Positions 54,184 through 57,358 of a stretch of DNA of 57,358 nucleotides are shown here, piece by piece. A program made the translations under genes and the position numbers. Under the pieces are notes generated by a model that was not told where the DNA came from, did no database searches, and saw nothing but the letters and a program-made list of their open reading frames with translations. The stretch's first letter is position 1; every line of letters begins with the position of its first letter. The stretch is from a virus. Lineage: Duplodnaviria > Caudoviricetes. The DNA lies in the IMG/VR virus record IMGVR_UViG_3300015189_000004, positions 1 to 57,358 of that record; one strand, written 5' to 3'.

Positions 54184-56897
54184 TGATCATAGATGAAGAA
54201 GAGTACCTTGCTCACTATGGCACGGCACGTAAGTCAGGCCGTTATCCTTGGGGTTCTGGTGGCACAGAGAATCAGCAGAACAAGAGCTTCCTCGACCACG
54301 TAGACACTATGCGGAAGCAGGGACTCACTGATACTGAGATTGCCAAAGGTCTCGACATGACAAGGACTGCTCTTCAAGCCAAGAAGACCATGGCAAAGAA
54401 TGAGCAGAAGCAGACCGACATCACCACGGCCCAACGACTCAAGGCCAAGGGTATGGGAAACATGGCCATCGGTCGTCAGATGAATCTCAATGAGTCGTCT
54501 GTACGCTCTCTGCTGGCTCCTGGTCAGATGGCAAAAGCTCAGGCGCTCATGTCAACTGCGAACATGTTGAAGAGGCATGTAGATGAGAAGGGTGTCATTG
54601 ACGTCGGTTCTGGCGTTGAGCATCACCTTGGGCTGAGTCGTGACAGGCTTGACAAAGCCATTGAGATCTTGCGGCAACAGGACTACTACATGACCAATGT
54701 TCAGATCGACCAACTTGGTACTGGTGGAAACCAGAAGACAAACATCAAGGTGTTGGCTCTTCCGGGAACCACATATCGAGACATCGTGAAGGACAAGAGC
54801 TCGATCAAGTCTGTTACTGACTACACCGATGATGGTGGCTTGTCTTGGTCAGGACTCAGGCCTCCGCTCAACATCAACTCAAATCGTGTGCAGGTGCGTT
54901 ACAAGGAGCAAGGCGGCGGTGAAGCTGACGGCGTGATATACGTTCGTCGTGGAGTTGACGACCTGTCTCTCGGAACCAATCGGTATGCACAGGTTCGTGT
55001 GGCTGTTGATGGAACGCACTACCTCAAGGGTATGGCCATGTACAAAGATGACATGCCAAAGGGTGCAGACCTCGTATTCAACACGGTGAAGAGCGACACG
55101 GGCAACAAGCGTGACGCCATGAAGAAGATGCAGATCGACAACGCAACCGGCAAGATCGATGAGGGTAACCCCTTCGGTGCTGTCATTGGGCGTCAGATCA
55201 AAGAGTTGGGTCCTGATGGAAAAGAGCGCTGTACCTCAGTGATGAATATGGTCAATGAGGAAGGTCAATGGGACAAGTGGTCGAGAAACCTTTCATCCCA
55301 GATGCTGTCAAAGCAAAGTCCTGCTCTCGCTAAGACTCAGTTGGATATGACATACGAGAAGAAGAAGCTCGCTCTCGATGAGATATCCGCTCTAACCAAC
55401 CCTGTTGTTAGGGCCAAGCTTCTTCAGTCGTTTGCAGATTCAGCAGACTCATCTGCTGTGCACCTCAAGGCAGCCGCAATGCCGAGGCAAAGCTCTCATG
55501 TTATTCTCCCTGTTCCGGGAATGAAGGAAAACGAGATCTTTGCACCCAACTTCGACAATGGGACTCGCGTTGCTCTGATTCGTTACCCCCATGGTGGCAT
55601 ATTCGAGATCCCAGAGTTGACAGTCAACAACAAGCATGCTGAGGCGAACAAGCTTCTTCATGGCGCCATAGATGCAGTAGGCATCAGCGCAAAGGTGGCA
55701 GAGCGTCTTTCGGGTGCAGACTTCGATGGCGATACTGTCCTTGTCATACCAAATGGCAGAGGCGAAATCAAGACTGCGCCACCGCTAGCTCGGCTAGTTC
55801 ATTTTGATCCCAAAACTGAGTATCCCAAATATGATGGCATGCAGCTTATGACCGTCCACGCAAAGGGCACTCATATGGGTGAGATCTCGAATCTCATTAC
55901 GGATATGACAATCAAGGGCGCATCGCCAGCCGAGCTCGCTCGAGCAGTCCGGCATTCCATGGTTGTTATTGATGCTGAGAAGCACAGCCTTGACTACAAG
56001 CGATCTGCCGTAGATCATGGGATCAAGCAGCTCAAGACCAAATATCAGGAGAACGGGACTGGTAATAGAGGTGCATCAACAATCATCTCTAGAGCAACGG
56101 CTAGGACAGACATCCTTGCTAAGAAACCCCGTCCAATGGCAGATGGTGGTCCCATTGACAAGAAGACTGGTGCACTGGTATTCGTACCCACAGGAGAGCA
56201 CTACACCAGGACTACGGTCAGCAAGAAGGGCGTCACCAAAGAGACGGTCATCTACAAGAAGCAGCGTTCTCAGAAGCTGATTGAAGAGACCAACGCTCAC
56301 AACCTAGTCTCTGACAAGGGTGGCACTAAGATCGAGAAGATCTATGCCGATCACTCCAACAAGCTGAAAGCATTGGCTAACACAGCAAGGCTTGAGATGG
56401 TGCACACTAAGACACACCCCATCTCTCTATCAGCAAAGGCCGCATACAAGCCTGAAGTGATCTCCCTAGGTGCGAAACTGACCCTCGCCCAAAGGAACGC
56501 CCCCCTCGAAAGACAAGCCCAGGTGCTAGCAAACTCCGTCATCGAGGCCAAGAAGGCTTCTAATGCGAACATGGAGAAGGCTGAACTCAAGAAGATTAAG
56601 TTCCAGGCACTTGAGGCGATGCGTGCAAGGACAGGCGCAGACAAGCAGAAGATCGTTATCACACCTACTGAGTGGGCTGCTATCCAAGCAGGTGCTATCA
56701 GTAACGATAGGTTAGGCAAGATCCTTGACCATGCTGACCTAGATGTAGTCAAGGCCTTGGCAACACCAAGAGTTCAGGTACTGATGACATCAGCTAAGAA
56801 GTCCAAGGCTGCAAGCATGGCCGTACGTGGGTACACACAGGCAGAGATAGCTGCTGCCTTAGGTGTCTCGTTGACAACACTCAAGACTAACATCTAG
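54183..56897 (+). CDS. Single-chain two-barrel DNA-dependent RNA polymerase (candidate virion RNAP)
   Basis: LIRYPH and LSGADFDGD match the RxP and DxDGD catalytic motifs of DPBB RNA polymerases; N-terminal LAHYG...WG; HTH-like segments at both ends. Confidence 0.8.
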   Translation: MIIDEEEYLAHYGTARKSGRYPWGSGGTENQQNKSFLDHVDTMRKQGLTDTEIAKGLDMTRTALQAKKTMAKNEQKQTDITTAQRLKAKGMGNMAIGRQMNLNESSVRSLLAPGQMAKAQALMSTANMLKRHVDEKGVIDVGSGVEHHLGLSRDRLDKAIEILRQQDYYMTNVQIDQLGTGGNQKTNIKVLALPGTTYRDIVKDKSSIKSVTDYTDDGGLSWSGLRPPLNINSNRVQVRYKEQGGGEADGVIYVRRGVDDLSLGTNRYAQVRVAVDGTHYLKGMAMYKDDMPKGADLVFNTVKSDTGNKRDAMKKMQIDNATGKIDEGNPFGAVIGRQIKELGPDGKERCTSVMNMVNEEGQWDKWSRNLSSQMLSKQSPALAKTQLDMTYEKKKLALDEISALTNPVVRAKLLQSFADSADSSAVHLKAAAMPRQSSHVILPVPGMKENEIFAPNFDNGTRVALIRYPHGGIFEIPELTVNNKHAEANKLLHGAIDAVGISAKVAERLSGADFDGDTVLVIPNGRGEIKTAPPLARLVHFDPKTEYPKYDGMQLMTVHAKGTHMGEISNLITDMTIKGASPAELARAVRHSMVVIDAEKHSLDYKRSAVDHGIKQLKTKYQENGTGNRGASTIISRATARTDILAKKPRPMADGGPIDKKTGALVFVPTGEHYTRTTVSKKGVTKETVIYKKQRSQKLIEETNAHNLVSDKGGTKIEKIYADHSNKLKALANTARLEMVHTKTHPISLSAKAAYKPEVISLGAKLTLAQRNAPLERQAQVLANSVIEAKKASNANMEKAELKKIKFQALEAMRARTGADKQKIVITPTEWAAIQAGAISNDRLGKILDHADLDVVKALATPRVQVLMTSAKKSKAASMAVRGYTQAEIAAALGVSLTTLKTNI

Positions 56898-56911
56898 AGA
56901 GGAAGGATGAA

Positions 56912-57199
56912 GTGGTTCAACACATGCTAACAACAGTAGACAATCCTTTCAATCCTTTCACTCACTTCGACGAGTGGCATGCATACGACGAGGCATCAGG
57001 CTACTACACATCAGAGTTCCTTGCAAGGATTGTGATTACATCTGATGAACTGTCAGAGGCTGATCAAGTGTTGGCGATCGAACATGCAATCGATGAGATT
57101 GTAGAAGAGAATGTTCTTGGGTTGTACAGGAAGGTTACTGAAGATGGTCAACCATCGACAGAGAAAACTTCTGTGCAGTCCACTGCGATCGCGGTGTAG
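56912..57199 (+). CDS. Conserved hypothetical protein
   Basis: MLTTVDNPFNPFTHFDEW...GYYTSEFLAR; RBS present. Confidence 0.7.
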   Translation: MVQHMLTTVDNPFNPFTHFDEWHAYDEASGYYTSEFLARIVITSDELSEADQVLAIEHAIDEIVEENVLGLYRKVTEDGQPSTEKTSVQSTAIAV

Positions 57200-57358
57200 C
57201 TTCTTGTTTTGATTCGACAAAGTGTGTTTGTTTCTAGTGTGAGGGTTCACCCTTTCCAAACTTTTTACTTGAGACTTGAGGATATAAAAATCTTTCAGAT
57301 CTCGGGGACAAAAGTTGGGGAGGGGGGGACCCTCGCAAAAGAGACCCCCCGTCTGCAT

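Noticed and set aside
25830-57358. Lysogeny module, reverse transcriptase/DGR or retron
   Set aside because: No integrase, repressor or RT (YxDD-type) motifs were recognised in the ORFs.

Overview
This window appears to be an essentially complete ~57.3 kb lytic siphovirus genome. All credible genes are on the + strand, no integrase or repressor was recognised, and the first and last 13 nt nearly duplicate each other next to a probable cos site. Gene order and content resemble the actinobacteriophage group that includes clusters AM/AU/AW/BI/CC/DJ/EL; this comes from recall, not a search. The left arm (0.1-25.8 kb) holds an HNH nuclease, an amidase endolysin, terminase, portal, a protease-scaffold-capsid fusion, three major-tail-protein paralogues, tape measure, minor tail proteins and membrane/lysis genes. 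The right arm holds many small accessory genes, a helicase-primase-PolB fusion, SSB, dCTP deaminase, an SF2 helicase, nucleases and a 904-aa single-chain two-barrel RNA polymerase (GADFDGD). The least explained signal is non-coding. Ten copies of a fixed-spacing motif (TCGCA-N14-TATAATGA) each open an expression cassette. Five of them open small RNA-like units rather than ORFs: a long terminal stem enclosing tandem A-CC(C)-loop-(G)GG-A hairpins, with covarying and G.U-containing lower stems (seven units in all). The two repeat-rich clusters each lie directly behind a paralogous membrane-anchored NUMOD1-like HTH gene. The hairpins resemble the Cas6-bound hairpins of type III CRISPR repeats, so multivalent decoy (anti-defence) RNAs made by a virion-packaged phage RNAP are a testable hypothesis, not an established fact. 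Several starts were re-called by eye from RBS positions, and family names are recalled rather than searched.
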